Assembly (NCBI GenBank): GCA_965285935.1
Contig: OZ260667.1
Location: 32,426,001-32,490,000 of the forward strand
Direction of reading: 5' to 3'
Length of the DNA: 64,000 nt
Source: Ophelia neglecta
Taxonomy: Eukaryota
Shown here one piece after another: positions 36,365 through 50,430 of this stretch. The position numbers were made by a program, and so were the translations under genes. The stretch's first letter is position 1. Each line of letters begins with the position of its first letter. The notes beneath the pieces are model-generated. The model worked only from the letters and a program-made list of their open reading frames with translations. It searched no databases and was not told the origin of the DNA.

Positions 36365-39300
36365 TCAATTCAAGGGGTCTTTATTGAGATCTCCTTCTTG
36401 GACCAGAAAGTCATATATTTTTCTAGTCTTATTCACGTCTATTTTGATCATAGATCGAGCTTGAGCGAGCTTTAGACATCCGAGTTTAGTGCACTCTGCA
36501 ACCAACATCCTCTTAAACTCCAAGTAAGACTCCGGCACAAGACGCACTGTAGAACAAAGCTGCAAAAAATAGAAATAATAATATTTAATACACTATTTTT
36601 TACAGACTCTGGCGACCATAATCATATCATTAGGTAGTTGAATTCTTTAAAGTGTTTTTTTTTTTAAAGTAGGTGATAAATGACATTCTATAAGACAAAA
36701 CATATATAAATATACAATATTTGCTTAATGTTATTGATTATTTTGTCACCCATACACTACCAGTTCACTACCAGTTCACCTTCTCTCACCTCCCTACACC
36801 CCACACAACTAAATAATTAACTCTGTCATTAAAAACCTGTTAAAGCAAATATTGACCAGACCTAGAATAAATGTGTTGGTAAACATGTTCTACTCGTATC
36901 TATGGGGAAGAAAATGTTTTTCTACACAATGTCCACTTTGTTGCGACCAAAATACCTGACACACTAGGAATAATATATCTTCTCTACCAAAATAAAGTCG
37001 AATAGGGACTTCATGTAAAAAGTTTAAAGATATGTTATTCATTAAATGTGTCGTAGTTTTAGTCTATTTAAACTCCACAATCTACTATAATTAGTATCAT
37101 GTGACATCTACCAGACATAAAAATTTGGCCAGAATAATTAAATAGGTTTTGTCTTGTGGAAAATATGATTCCTCTACCCTGTATTGTCCAAAAAAGAGCA
37201 ACCTCATAATAGTATGGCATGTAAATAAAGTGTAAAAGCAAAATAAACTTGAAAAATATAGATCTTATTTGTTCGTTCAAAATGTTGGAAGCCATACTGT
37301 CGGACAAAACTATTTTTTATCCGATTTGTCCAACAGTCCGATTTTTTTTGCAAACACTAATATACCTTTCTCTCCCTGTCATTTAAGCGTTCATATCCAG
37401 GAAGACCAATAATATCTAATGGTGGTGCACTGCGACGATCTGAAAATAAACAAACACATCAGTTCTGTAGTACAAATATCTCATTCCAAACTGCTGACTT
37501 AACTTATAAATGTAACTATTTTACCATTGATGAAAATCATATCTTTACATGAACACTATTGGTAGATAATAATAAACCTTCATATATTAACTTCTCACTA
37601 ATACCAGACTGGTATTATATATTAAACATACTTACTGGCAGAGCTCTGAGTGGAGGAGTAGGCTTTACCCAGGTTTTCAAACATGGCATGTTTCTGTATC
37701 CACTGCTGGGTAGCCGAATCACTCTGACAAAAAGATAATTTTCTCACACATGTGCACTGGGAACACACAGTACTTTCAATTTACTAATGCTTTGGTCTTT
37801 TATTAATCTCAATTTAACAAAAATAGCAGTTTATGTTTTTTCTAACACATTGATATATTTGTACATTGACTGTGCCTGAGTATGACCTACATACAGTACC
37901 TGTATATTACTAATGACATCAGTTAGTAAGTTGCGTTTACTTCTTTCCTCATCTCGATCAGCTTTTAACCTGCTGTATAGCTTGGCAGATAGTATTCGGG
38001 TTACACCATTATCTCTGTATTCCTGAAGCTTCTTTATATCTTGTCGTAGTTCTGCCTCATCTACAAATTTAAAGTAGGAAGCCGATTTAAAAGTGATTTT
38101 AATTTAATCTATTCTCAAACAAAATTCATCAACATATATTTGGACCATAGGAAGTCATCAACAATTATTTAATACAAATACAAAATAGCTTAAATTTTTG
38201 AACTTATGTAACTATAGTCCATTTGTCAAGACTATTCAGTAAATTGACAAATCTTACAGTGTAGGCTTTCCAAATACTTGTCAAACTCCATGGGTGGTAC
38301 ACATTTATACATGGGCCGGAGAGCATCCATAAGTAAGGGTCCCAGGGTTCTTTCAAACCTCCGGGCATAAACTGAAAGGTAACCAAATCATTTCAATTTT
38401 ACCTAAGTAGAAAAATGGATGTGGCATTTCTGCTACATACATGTACACTGCAGCTAACACTATGGCAGACCTATGTTTGTCTACAATAAATTACCCTGTG
38501 GCTCACTTTTGTCAAAGAATGTTAAGCCACAAACACATCCTATCTATTTAACAGTATTAATATGAGATATCAACATAGAGCCTGGTTGAACAGAACATAT
38601 ACTGTGAACATTGCTTATTGAGTGTTGAATAGCCACCCTTGAAAAACTAAAATGTACCAGTATGGCCTATTTGGACCATCTGTAATGCTTGTATGTATGA
38701 TGAAAATAATTATCTACTTCTTTCACCCTTCCATCTTATTTCATACCAACTATATTTTTAGGAAAGTTTTATTTGGAAGAACTTTGGAGTAACTGGTTAT
38801 AATAATCAGAAAGAACGCATATATAATTATAACCATCAATTTTTTGATTTTTCAAATAATTAAGCCGCAAATATAAGCAAATGTGATACGCTGGTAGAAA
38901 TGTTCTATACAACACACTAGATACTTATATTAAAGCAATGATGAATTGCAAAATAATAAAAAACAAATTCTCCTAAACTGTGTAAGTCAGCACACTATAA
39001 TAATTAGAAAATATAACAGCATAATATGTTCATTTTCCAAGTGAACGTTGGAAACTTTGGAAACATAAAATATACCTCCTTGTCTTTTTATATTAATCAG
39101 ACCATAATCTTTGATAATCCTGAAAAGAAGAAAAAAATTGACTATATGATGCATATGTATAATTACAAGATACAGATTTTAATGTAAAAATGCATTAAAA
39201 ACATATATGGGTCTCATCTGCACAAAACCATTCATGTACATGTATCTATGAATGATCTGGACACTTTAAATTTATCAATGACATGTACATAGAATGAGGG

Positions 39301-42300
39301 TTGAAAATGCAAACAAAACAAAACAAAGGTTCTGATAACTAGCATATTAAAGAATCAAGACTGTTTGAATTTTACACAGATTGGATGCATAATGCAGAAA
39401 CTAAAATGAGGAGAAAATGCAGTTCCAGTTATATCAAGTGTACCATACTTGATTGTTAACATATTAATGGATTTCTTCTCTAGGTAAATACTCTAAAGAG
39501 CTCTATTGTAAATTGAAATGATCAGGTAAAAACCCCAATAAATTCACATTTCAATTCATAATCTCTGGCACCTGATAGGTCATCCCATATTTAAGTCAAA
39601 TCATATGCCTTTCCATATAAAATCAAGTAAAATTACCAGACATGACATCATGTCTTCTGATTTTAGGTAGGACTGTATGCGGTTTGCCTATATGTTACAA
39701 TGTTGAAATGTGTCAACTGTTTTCCTGTTCGAATATAATCAGTAGGAGATCAAAACGAGTGGAAGAGGATCAGGATGGGTTAAACATCAATTGAAAAAGA
39801 TAGCCACATGTATATATAGATGTAAAGAACTTTCTAGCTTTGTTAGTATAAGAATAGTCAATTGCAGGTCTCCCTAGTTTTTGGTGTGGTATACAGGGAT
39901 ATTTCTTTTTTCATGTAGTGAGAAAATATGGAGGCTAGGCTATATGTAATGTACATAATATCTACATTAAAATACATGTATTGAGATTTAACTTTGTTTG
40001 ATATTAGGGAGAAAACCCATGGCAATAATGTTGTGAATCCGGAATACCCATGGGTTGCACACATTCCTGGGAAAGTTGTGATAATCCTATATTTCCCAAT
40101 GAACCACCAGAAACCAAATGCTCCATAAAAACTGCCTAAGCAAGTAGCTTTCTGTAAAAAATTCGAGAAGAACCAGGAAAACCTGAACGTTTTTACTGGC
40201 AAAAAGACCAGGCAGAAATATTGAGAACAAGTGCCCCCTGAGGCCTGGAACCCCCCTCCGCAGGATCATGTATGAAAAGGTCAATGTCAACAAGTCATAT
40301 AACTCATGTTAGATAGTTATCCTAGACTAAATAGTTGGATAATTATTAAAAAAGTTGAAAATTGACCCACAAAATGTGGGTCAAGGGGTCACAGGAAGGT
40401 CATAGGTCATTCTTGACCTTAATTTGGTAGTAGCAGACATATAACATTAAAAGATTGGATCATTAGTAAAAAAGTTAAAAATTTACACAAAAAGTTCAAG
40501 GTCGTACTCAAAGGTCAAACATCACAGGTGACCCAAAAGGTCAAAAGGCACAACTTCATGATATGGACAAACACAATTTTGTGGTTTTGTGTGGCTACAA
40601 TGAAAGCCTTTGGAAATCTGCTCCGGAAAAGAAAAACAGCTCCAGAGGTCAAGGTTCTAGTGTAAAAGATCACAGGTCATAAGTAGGTCATGTGCTGCAT
40701 GCCAGTACCAAGGTAATATTACAAATGTAAGATGATTATCCTGGACCAAATAGTTTCACAGTTATACCTCTGGACCCTCTGCATGACGTATGGACAAACG
40801 GATGGACAGGGGGGGGGGGGGGGGCTGGGGACTAAAATTTATGTCAATAACTAGGAAAAATCGGGAGGCATTTCTTCTGCCTTGAGATACATCCAAAAAC
40901 TGGAATTAGGAGCGCCTACTTGGCAGTTGTTTGGTTGATGTTGTGCACCCGTAAATACTGCATAATGGTATGGCCATTCACAAGGATGTCTGAAATTAGT
41001 CATATTTATGATATTTTTCTAATAATAACTTATATAATAACTCACTTCTTTCTCCTCTGCCTCTCCCTCAGAATATTTTGATATACATCCACAACTGCCA
41101 ATTTCAACTCTGAAATAATAAAAAAAAAGGTGGCTTATATAGAGAATTATGGTATACCACAGCAATTTTTTTTTATTGGTAACAATTTTTTTTAGCTATC
41201 AATTAAGTTTTGTGGTGCTTGTTGTGTGGTTATTTTTGTTTAAATCTTTGTTTTAATCAAATTACAAAGTATCTGCCAAGTATCTGAACGCATGTTCAGC
41301 ACAATAACATATATTTTACCTGTTTACATCCAGGATTATTTTAATACAACAATATGCTTGATTCCATGCGTGGTGCCAAAACCATTTTTATTTTTGCCAA
41401 TTTTTGCCAGCCAAGCATTTGTGAAATTAATGTGCTGTGAAATTTCTATGCACCATTGGCACCAAATGATGCCATTCAGTTATCATGAAAAAAAGAGCAA
41501 AATGTCATGTTTTACAGTATACAACACTGATAAATGGTATCCTTCTTGCATTTAGTGTGCATTCTAATGTCTTGCACCAAATGATATTAGCCACATTGCA
41601 AAAAATGAGTTTTGCCTGAATTTTGCTTTGTCATCAGGCCACTTGGTTAGGGGAACCAGACATATTATGTTGCTTGCCCTACCTTGATCAAAGGCACTGT
41701 CACCCTCTGTGAACTCCACATCTCTAAGATCAGATTCAGCAAAGTTTTCATGTTCCACACTGAAGTCTCCCCTGGCAGCGGTGTAACCTGATAGCTCTGC
41801 TTGTAATACACTGCCCTCTGCTGGCCTAGGGGGGTCCTCACCCACTGAAAAGTTCATAACATATCCAATGATATCATGGTTCATATAACTCTTTTGCTGG
41901 TGGTATTTAAATGTTACTTTTATAATGTGCTGCCGGACAATTAGGTAAAGACTAAAATGATCTATTTTTGAACATGAAATATCATTTAATACCAAAGTCA
42001 ATGTCAAGTTAAGGTGACCTTTACTTAGCTACAGATGGTAAAATTCCCATTACCTTCTACTACAATTCCATAAAAACTAAGTCAATTCAACTTTTGATTC
42101 ATAGTGTTATTGTCTATGCACGCATGATGCATTCCTATGTTCTAGATTCAAATGTTTATATCTTCTCAAATTGAGAATAAATATGCCTTAGAACCGTCTT
42201 CTTTATCAAGTGCTATGTCAAAGTGTATCATTCCAAGAATGCCATTTATATTACCATTAAAATAGATTGTAACATTGTTAACAAAATACACCAGGAAGAC

Positions 42301-44356
42301 AGTGTAAATGACCCAGGGCCTTATACAGGCTACAAGAATAATCCCACCTTTTCTCAAAGGTGTGCTAAAATGTACAATACAGTTATCTTGTGTACAATTC
42401 TTGTTATGCCCTTAATAGTAAGTCGGACACGTAAAATGAAGCCTGCTTACCTTTAAATGGTACTGGACATGGTAGAACAGTTATGTTGGCTTCTGGGAAC
42501 TCTGTCAGGAAAAAATGATTTAAAAATGTATATGCAATGATCTGTAATCATCCAATCCACATTCACAAATTTACATGTAGTTATCTAACAAACCAGATAT
42601 CCATACATAAGCTGTGAACTCTTAATTCTGAACAGCTCATATTCAAATGCAATACTTGTGTTATGAATGGTGAAAAGATTGTTTACTGCTGTTTCATTAA
42701 ATAGGCCCACCCCCAATATACAAGTTTTCAAAAGGTCCCATTAATTTTTTGCCCCGGAGGGGTAGCAGGTAAAAAGGAATAAAATGGTTCCACTACACCC
42801 CCACCCCCACATATTTTCAAATGGGATGGTCAGATCTTAATTAAGCATTCTGAAACAAATTAGTAAAGTGGAAATGCAAGAAAACTGACTGGGCAATGGA
42901 TCTCTGGGATTCTCCACGAAGTACTTGTAGAAGTGCTTCTCACACTGTCGCCAGTGTTTGGTCTTCAACTGGGCCGCTATCTCCTGCCTGCAATATACAT
43001 GTATCAATACCATGTGTCCAAATTGTGTGCACTGAATTTACCAGCTATAACTGGTCATACACAAAAATATGTCAGAGATAATAAGCATAAAGCTGAAAAC
43101 AATTTTATTTTATTCATTTTGTCTGTGATTTTACTGGCCTGTGGGTTTCCAGAGAAGAACAGAGTGGGCATAAGTCTGCCATTCCCAAATTAAAGGAATA
43201 TATCAACACTATTTACATCATTTGACAGAGTGATGCCTTAATTGTATGAGAATTTTTTTTACTTAGGTATCATAATTTAGATTATTGGAAATTCAATGTG
43301 AATATATCTCTGTATCTCTGTCTAGAATGATCCCTGGGGCTTGTCAGTGTTAGTGTGAATTACTTTATTTTCCTGCCTTGCACATAGACTACGTTTTTCT
43401 CACCAGTTGCCCAGACCACAATCAGACACAGCATCCACCAACATCTTCTCCTCCTTAGCTGTCCAGCTCCTCTCATGCAACGGAAAGTCATTTTTCTGAA
43501 AGGAAAAACAATCATACAAAATAAAACTTAAGGAGTAAAATATGAGGAGATAATTACGCCTGATTTTTCTGAATATTCACCCAGCATTCTTTACATTTGT
43601 TTCTTCTTTCGATCTCATCCAAGAACCTCGAGATTAGGTTAAGTTACGAAAAACCTCAAACATGTATCTTTTCACTACACTGATTGAGAGAGTGTTGAAA
43701 TGTGTTACACTTGCATCATGTGATACAAAACATGCATGATCTGAAACGGGATAAGTCAGGTCACTGTGATAAACGAGTCACACCCTAAATTTTTTCAGGG
43801 TGTTTCCATTCATTTCAATATAACACAATGATTACCAGATGACAGGTAATAACCTGTATCAATTACCTTTTTTTGCTTGACCTAATGGGTGACCTGAGTT
43901 ACCATGTATCAGATCATTTTAAACATTTCAAGAGACTGACTATGTTCATCATGAAGTCTTGTAGCCTATATTATAATAAACAAGGTTCTCAGATAGGATT
44001 AAATAAAGCAAATGCTAATGGTATTCAAGGAACTTCATTGCTACACAGTGGGGAGAGAAAAATAATTAAATGCAAACTGTAGATTCACAGTAACTACTGT
44101 TTCAGTGACATTAATCCCATTAATAATAATGAACTCAAACAGTTCAGAATAGGAAATGAAATGCAGATAACAATCTTACTATGACTTCATATTTATGATT
44201 GCTCTCATGTGCTCCAGTCTCAAGGCCCTTCCCGAAGCAGTACAGACAAAGATGAAGGGAGGACGGTCCACACTCGGCACAGCGTATGTATGGTTCTACT
44301 AGTGACGCCCCACAGCCTTTGCATGGCTCTTCTTTCTCTGATTCTAACCAATACAT
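36365..44356 (-). CDS. TADA2A: Transcriptional adapter 2-alpha (ZZ finger, SANT, Ada boxes, SWIRM), ~439 aa
   Basis: 12 exons splice in frame: 44356-44180, 43495-43404, 42987-42890, 42501-42451, 41844-41683, 41109-41046, 39119-39076, 38371-38258, 38060-37900, 37723-37636, 37439-37366, 36559-36365. Motifs EPYIRCAEC, WTAKEE..CGLGNW, DPPRP..GY.AARGDF, LQEYR, RRSAPPL..GLPG, LAQAR..IKIDVNKTRKIYDFL. Confidence 0.96.
40260..40840. mobile_element. Degenerate non-autonomous repeat rich in GGTCA/TGACC motifs (Helitron/HINE-like)
   Basis: Dense aaggtca and tgacc motifs, ending in ggac/ggat microsatellite-like sequence and a G-run. Family assignment is tentative. Confidence 0.35.
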
Positions 44357-44675
44357 ACTTCTCTCTTTCTCTAACTGAAGGAAGACAACACTCACATATC
44401 ATTTGATTATTTAAATGCATGTAGGAAATAAACTTAGATACACTCAAAAAAGCAGATATCATTTAATACACTTATATAGCATATACCAATAGATCAAACA
44501 TTGATACACATAAGACCGAAGTACAACTCAAGTCTTATTTAGGTTAGACATTTGATTCCTTTATTTCACTTACTTCAGATCATGTAGGGATCATGTTGGC
44601 TGTGAGAGGGCTAGCTAACAGGCTTCAGAGGCAAGCTCCTGACTGACTTTATGTACTGTAATGTCTTACTTATAT

Positions 44676-45236
44676 TGTGCTGACAGGTTAAGCCTGCCAG
44701 CCCATAACCAATAGGGAGTGGCCGGGCCAGTCGCCCACCTGACTAGCCCCGCTAATCCCTGACCAATCACGGCTCTCTGACCAACGCTGGGGAAGGACAA
44801 AAGGTGAGAAAAACACCAAGGGATTTCCTGCCCTTCCTAATCAGAGGTTTACTTTGTAGGAATTGGACATACTAATTACAATAGAGAGGGGCCCGATAAG
44901 ACAATAGCACCGGGTCAGATAAGTGGGATTGTGTGATCAGGAATCAAGAACCAATGCCTTAGTGGGGCAAGTAAATGCAGACAATACATAGACAGGAAAT
45001 AATAATTACAGGGTTTGTTTGTATCCCCCCTGGGTCAGACAGCCGCGATACACAGATAATTCTAATCAGCCTTAAACTAACATTTGAACAATTAACATTA
45101 CGAATGAATACACTTCCCCTTCCCGGTGTGAGAATTATATACAACAAAAAATAGAAATTAATAAGTGGCAATATCGCAAGAATTATATACAACAAAATAG
45201 AACTTAAATGACTGGCAATATCGCACCAGTGATACA
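44676..45236 (-). mobile_element. Possible solo LTR
   Basis: TG...CA ends, flanks tatat/catgt (possible decayed 5-bp TSD), CCAAT boxes, GC-richer than the surroundings, internal ~48-bp duplication at 45131-45225. Confidence 0.3.
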
Positions 45237-46210
45237 CATGTAAAAGGAGAACAAATGATAACTGATACTACTACAGTCCTACCAAGTAACAAGGATCACA
45301 TTGTGATCATGTGACTACATGTACCATAAATGTATATAGTGCAATGGGCACTGTAACAAACCCTATTTATAGACAGGCCTGATTATCAGCCATACATGTT
45401 AATGTGGGGCACCAGTTGTATGAACAATATAATCATTGACCCGGCTAAGCATCTTGTACTTTGCCCTGTAGACACACACTATGAAGATCCTTCATTGTGA
45501 TTTAAAGAAGGCTCTGGGTGACTGACCATACAGGTACATGCTTGTTCATGCATGCCTGCATGTTCATCTCTGACATTATGTTAATGTGTACCAATATCAT
45601 TAACCATTATACTGTATAGGAAATACTGTATGGGAAATAGTATATATTTTGACTACTTTAAAAGTTTAACAGGTGCACCATCAAATATATAATGGATTAT
45701 ATGTACATACAAAGGCAGTTATGGATATGGACTTAAAAGCATTGTATCTTCATACTCACAAATATACATTTACATGCATGTCCAATTTACACAAGCTGAG
45801 GAATAATTATTAATGGCAGTGACTGGTACTAAATCTTTGTTAATACAAGGTTGGTATAATTATATAATCAGGTATATTTATATAGTTTTACTTGTGACAA
45901 ATATTTAGGAATTAGTATCCACCATAACAATTATAAGTTGTTTATGTTGTACGGTACCTTGCAGGCTCACAGACGGCAACAAGTTACCTTGTAAGATCAC
46001 TGGTTAAATTGATCTTATGTACTGCCACTGTGAGCAGGGTAGTAGTAAAGATACTTACAGTTAAACATTTAAAATTCTGTCACAGTGCACATGCTGTATG
46101 GAGCAATGGTTTAGTCAGGTTAAGTATGATCGAAATGAAATATGCCAACTGCCTTACAACATTTGAATTTAAATATTTCTCATGCTAAATTTGTTTCTAA
46201 TTTCAGGCCT

Positions 46211-47857
46211 ATGAATACGGACATCACAATGGCCAAATTAGATGCATCCCTTTTACAGATGATAAATAGAAAAGATGAGGCAGAGCATATACGCGAGGCC
46301 TTCAAACACCTTTACCAAGCCTCTGTTTATCCAACTCAACCAGTTTATGCTTGTCTGTTTCTCTGTGCTGCTATACAGCATAAACACCGCCCTCTGGTGG
46401 ACATTTTACTAATCGATCAGCTTTATCTCGGAAAGGATGTGATGGAATACAATTTTCCCCGGCCACTGCACACTGCTGTCTTGTATGGTGACCATCAACT
46501 AATCGAAAAACTACTGCATCTAGGATTAGATTCTAACCAGATTGGAATAGCAGGCATTCACAGGCCTGGGCAGGGCATTTTTGGTTTGCCAATAGAAATG
46601 GCTATAAACAAGGATGATGCCATGACCATGCAACTATTACAGGCTTCTTATGATCTAAAGAAAACCCATCAACATATGACTCCCCTTCATTACGCCTGTA
46701 AATATAAAGCTGAAAATTGCCTCAACTGCATACTGTCAGATGATAATGTTGAGGTCAATCCATACAGTAATGATGGATGGACCCCACTCATGTTTGCTGC
46801 TCAGAAATCCCCTGCTATGGTCAAGGCACTTTTAGCAAAGGGAGCCGACGTAGGAGCATATATTTCTGGGATAGGTCATACAGCCCTGCAGATAGCTGTG
46901 ATTCCTACCAGAGATAACTGCACTACTCACATGGCGGAGATTGCCCGTCTGTTAGTGGAGGCAGGAGCAGACATAACCCACAAGAGCTCACAGGACGAGG
47001 AGAGCACTCTCACACTTATATGCTCAAATCTTATGCCAATGGCATTGGGGTTCGATTGGGCAACTGTAAATTCAAAGCTACATTGCCAACAAGTATTGGA
47101 ATGCGTAGAATTCTTATTAAAGAATGGAGTATTAAAATCAACCGCCCATGCCAATCCAATAACAAGTGTTCTACAAAAGCTACATTCTATTGCTGGGGGT
47201 ATGTCAACCCAGTTTACTACTGGAGATGAAAGGAGGGATAGAGCTGCGATGGCGGTGTCTGAGGATGCTTTCTCATTGGCCAGAGACCTGATTCACCTCT
47301 GCATCATCCATGGTGTCAATGTTAACAGCCATCACAACAGAATGCGGAAAACCCCCGCTGCCCAACTGATCTGGACAATGGAGGCATATCTTCGACAAAC
47401 CATTCTGGCTGGCAATCCTTATTTGGCAGCAAGACAGGCCAGCGACTCCTTCAAAACTAACAGAAAAATATCCTCAGTGATGACTGATATCTTCACAGAG
47501 TTAATCTTACATGGATCCCAACTTTTGAGTCCCCAAGATCACAACAGCATTTTCACTATAGCAAAGGCGGATTTTGACCAATTCTCTCCTTTTCTGATTA
47601 TTTTCTTAAACTCTCTTAAGCATGAAGATTGGGTGAATGTCATTCATGAGTTGTTGGAATATATCAAGAGTTTTCGAGAGACAATAAGCAATACTCTGCT
47701 TCAAAACCTCAACAGGTTTTCATATCCTCGGTCTCTGAAGCAGATGTGCAGATGCACCATTGCCGAGGCTGTCAAGCCCTCACCTACCATGGAGAACAAA
47801 ATACACAGCTTACCTCTGCCAGAAGCAATGAAGACATATATAATAAAATTAACATGA
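46211..47857 (+). CDS. Ankyrin repeat and SOCS box (ASB-family) protein, single coding exon, ~548 aa
   Basis: Ankyrin motifs PLHTAV, TPLHYAC, GWTPLMFAA, GHTALQIAV. C-terminal SOCS box PRSLKQMCR...LPLPEAMKTYI. An acceptor tttcag at 46206 suggests the start is ATG 46211 rather than 46142. Confidence 0.9.
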   Translation: MNTDITMAKLDASLLQMINRKDEAEHIREAFKHLYQASVYPTQPVYACLFLCAAIQHKHRPLVDILLIDQLYLGKDVMEYNFPRPLHTAVLYGDHQLIEKLLHLGLDSNQIGIAGIHRPGQGIFGLPIEMAINKDDAMTMQLLQASYDLKKTHQHMTPLHYACKYKAENCLNCILSDDNVEVNPYSNDGWTPLMFAAQKSPAMVKALLAKGADVGAYISGIGHTALQIAVIPTRDNCTTHMAEIARLLVEAGADITHKSSQDEESTLTLICSNLMPMALGFDWATVNSKLHCQQVLECVEFLLKNGVLKSTAHANPITSVLQKLHSIAGGMSTQFTTGDERRDRAAMAVSEDAFSLARDLIHLCIIHGVNVNSHHNRMRKTPAAQLIWTMEAYLRQTILAGNPYLAARQASDSFKTNRKISSVMTDIFTELILHGSQLLSPQDHNSIFTIAKADFDQFSPFLIIFLNSLKHEDWVNVIHELLEYIKSFRETISNTLLQNLNRFSYPRSLKQMCRCTIAEAVKPSPTMENKIHSLPLPEAMKTYIIKLT

Positions 47858-49350
47858 TTAAGTTTCAGTTGTGAAATATACTTTTATTTAACTCTCAACA
47901 TCTAGTTATAAGTACATTCACCGCCATACTAAATTATTTTTAATGATGATGGCACAATGCCAGTTTTTTGAGAACATTTAGTGACAAATTATTTTGGGCT
48001 TTGTGGCATTATTTAATCTTATAATGTTATTCTTGTATTGGACTTATTGTTTTTAGATTTTACTTGATGCTAACCAACAAACTTTTTTAACTGGATATTG
48101 ATGCAATCAGATAAGTGGTTTGAGCATGGGAGTTCATCAATGCAATGAGCTTTTAATTTCACTGAAAATGGGCAAATTGCTCCAAATTTTAAAAATCCAA
48201 AATTTGTCTCTGAAACTAGAATTGCTCATTCACATAGGAGAACATTCCTTCATAAAGGAACATGCATGTGCCAAAGGATAAAAATACTTCTGTGTAGTTA
48301 AAAATGTCTGTCTTGCATTGCCAATATTCCACAGTAGTTAAGGATGACATCAGAATGATATCAGAAATCCTTCAAGAGTTCAAGACACTTTTTATTATTT
48401 GACGCAAGTGTGAATGGGTAAATGCCTCCTTTAACAGGAGAAAGTTCCCATTTTAAGGTGAATTCAGCCTAACTGCTGTTGAAAGATCACATTTTTTTAC
48501 TCATTGAATCTACCTCTAGTCACCCTTGATGGTCTTTATTGCCCATGCTAAAATTAAAAGAAACAACATTTTTTTCTGAGGTTGTTTGTAGGCTTACCAG
48601 AAAGTGAGCTATTGATACATGCAAACATGTGAGCAATCATGAAAACCAGAATGATCCCTGACTGTAGTACAGACCTAAAACATTTGATTTATATGTATAT
48701 GAAACAGGCACCTAGCCAGTTATTTTGATACAAGGGTTTCAACTTTTCTGACCATCAACTTATCAGTGAGCCTGCATGCTTGTGTGCCCTGGCCAACCAA
48801 GGAATATTTTGAAAAGGTTTTTGCTCTGAAACAACTTGTATTTAATGCATCTCCAATCAAACATTATTCAACACACTCTTGCACTGAAGCGAGTCCCATA
48901 ACTCACTAAGTTTTAAAATGAAGGCTTTAATACTACATGGAAGGCTCAGTAAATATACATAAGGATATTTTTCACCATCGAGTCCTGGTTCTTGTGCCTC
49001 CAAATTTCTAAATAAATGACTGTTCCCCCCCTCACCACGCACTTAAATCATTGCCCCCCTGGTGATAGATAATGACTATCCAAAAGATCAGAACATGATA
49101 AACAGGTGACACAGAGATTCATTTAGTTTCAGGATGTTTCAATTTTTTTTAATATGGCTCAGTGTTATTGTAGTAGGTAACAGGTATTATCCTTAATTTA
49201 AGTTATTATGGAATGACCTGCAGATGACCCAGGTATCCAATGCTCAGTTATTTCAATCATAGCTTCAGCAATTACTTTTGGACAAAAAAATACTATTTGC
49301 TGCGAAATCTATTAAACAAGTGCTTGTCATTATAGGTTCTACCAGCGAAG

Positions 49351-49929
49351 GGGTGTATCTAAAATGCGCCACCGTGTCTAACCGTGTCAAACCCGCTGGT
49401 TTATTACCCAAACCGAGCTGAAATAGCAAGGTTTTTATGCAAAATGCATCAGGATTGGTGCTACAGTTGGTTTTGAATATTTTGCTAAGCAATCAGACCA
49501 TTTAGTAGCAAAAAAAGAAGCCTACCTGTTCTCCTGTGTTTACATCTGATCGCAGTTTTAGGTCCAGGACAGCTAGAGGTCACTCCTGTTGGCTATTTTG
49601 ACAGATAGACCTTGATTTTCTACTATCAGGTTCTTGGAATTTACCAAACAGTCCACACTTGTTCGCATGTTCTCCAGTGTTTACGTTTGATCGCTGCCAT
49701 AACACCTGCACATCACATGCCCTCTGGTGGCAATTGCCCCAGACAACACCAGAGGGCAGGTGATTTGCAGGCGTCATGGCCGCGATCAGATGTAAATACG
49801 GGAGAACAGGTAAGCTTCGTTTTTTGCTACTAAATGGTCCTTGCTATTTCAGCTTGGTTTGGGTAATAATCCAGTGGGTTTGACCCGGATTGACACAGTT
49901 AGACACGGTGGTGCATTTTAGATACACCG
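49351..49929. mobile_element. Mutator-like (MULE) foldback MITE with long TIRs
   Basis: ggtgtatctaaaatgc.ccaccgtgtctaac.gtgtcaa...ttattacccaaacc.agctgaaatagcaagg...accatttagtagcaaaaaa is inverted at both ends. The 9-bp flanks ccagcgaag/ctggcgaag match 7/9. Confidence 0.8.
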
Positions 49930-50309
49930 CTGGCGAAGTTCTTCCAGAGACATCTGCTTGATCCTTTGCTTCTCCTATATTTCCAGGTTCTACCAATACA
50001 TATTCTTATCTGATAATGAAACTACCCTCAAACTTCATATTATATACGCCTGTTTTTGGACATTTAATAAATTGAAAAACACTGTCGGTTGCAAAGAGGC
50101 AGACAAAATGCCTGGGGGCCAAATGCCTGAGACCAAAATGCCCGAACTACTACTTCTTATCGAACAGTGGGCGATAATACAAGCATAAACAGAAATATGC
50201 CGGTATTATAGACATAAGTGTACTGTACATCACAATACAACAACGTTTTAGATTTGTTTTCAATACAAGCGAATGAATTACAAACTAGCATATCGAACAA
50301 TGAATTTAC

Positions 50310-50430
50310 CTTGTTTCTATGCGAACATTTTTTACTCCGGTTTTTCTGAACTCGTCGCCCCAAGTTTGTTACTTATTCTTTATTCGAATATTTTAGTAAC
50401 CAACTTCGCATTGACCGAAAATCCAGAAGT
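50310..50430 (-). promoter_or_regulatory. Candidate non-coding first exon / TSS region of TADA2A
   Basis: TADA2A exon 44374-44180 begins at an acceptor, so an upstream exon must exist. A good donor AAG|gtaaat at 50310 lies in a CpG-containing stretch. Inference only. Confidence 0.35.

Noticed and set aside
46142-46210. ORF-track N-terminus of the ASB protein (MPTALQHL...)
   Set aside because: It reads through an intron-like AT-rich tract ending in tttcag at 46206, so a downstream ATG is more plausible.
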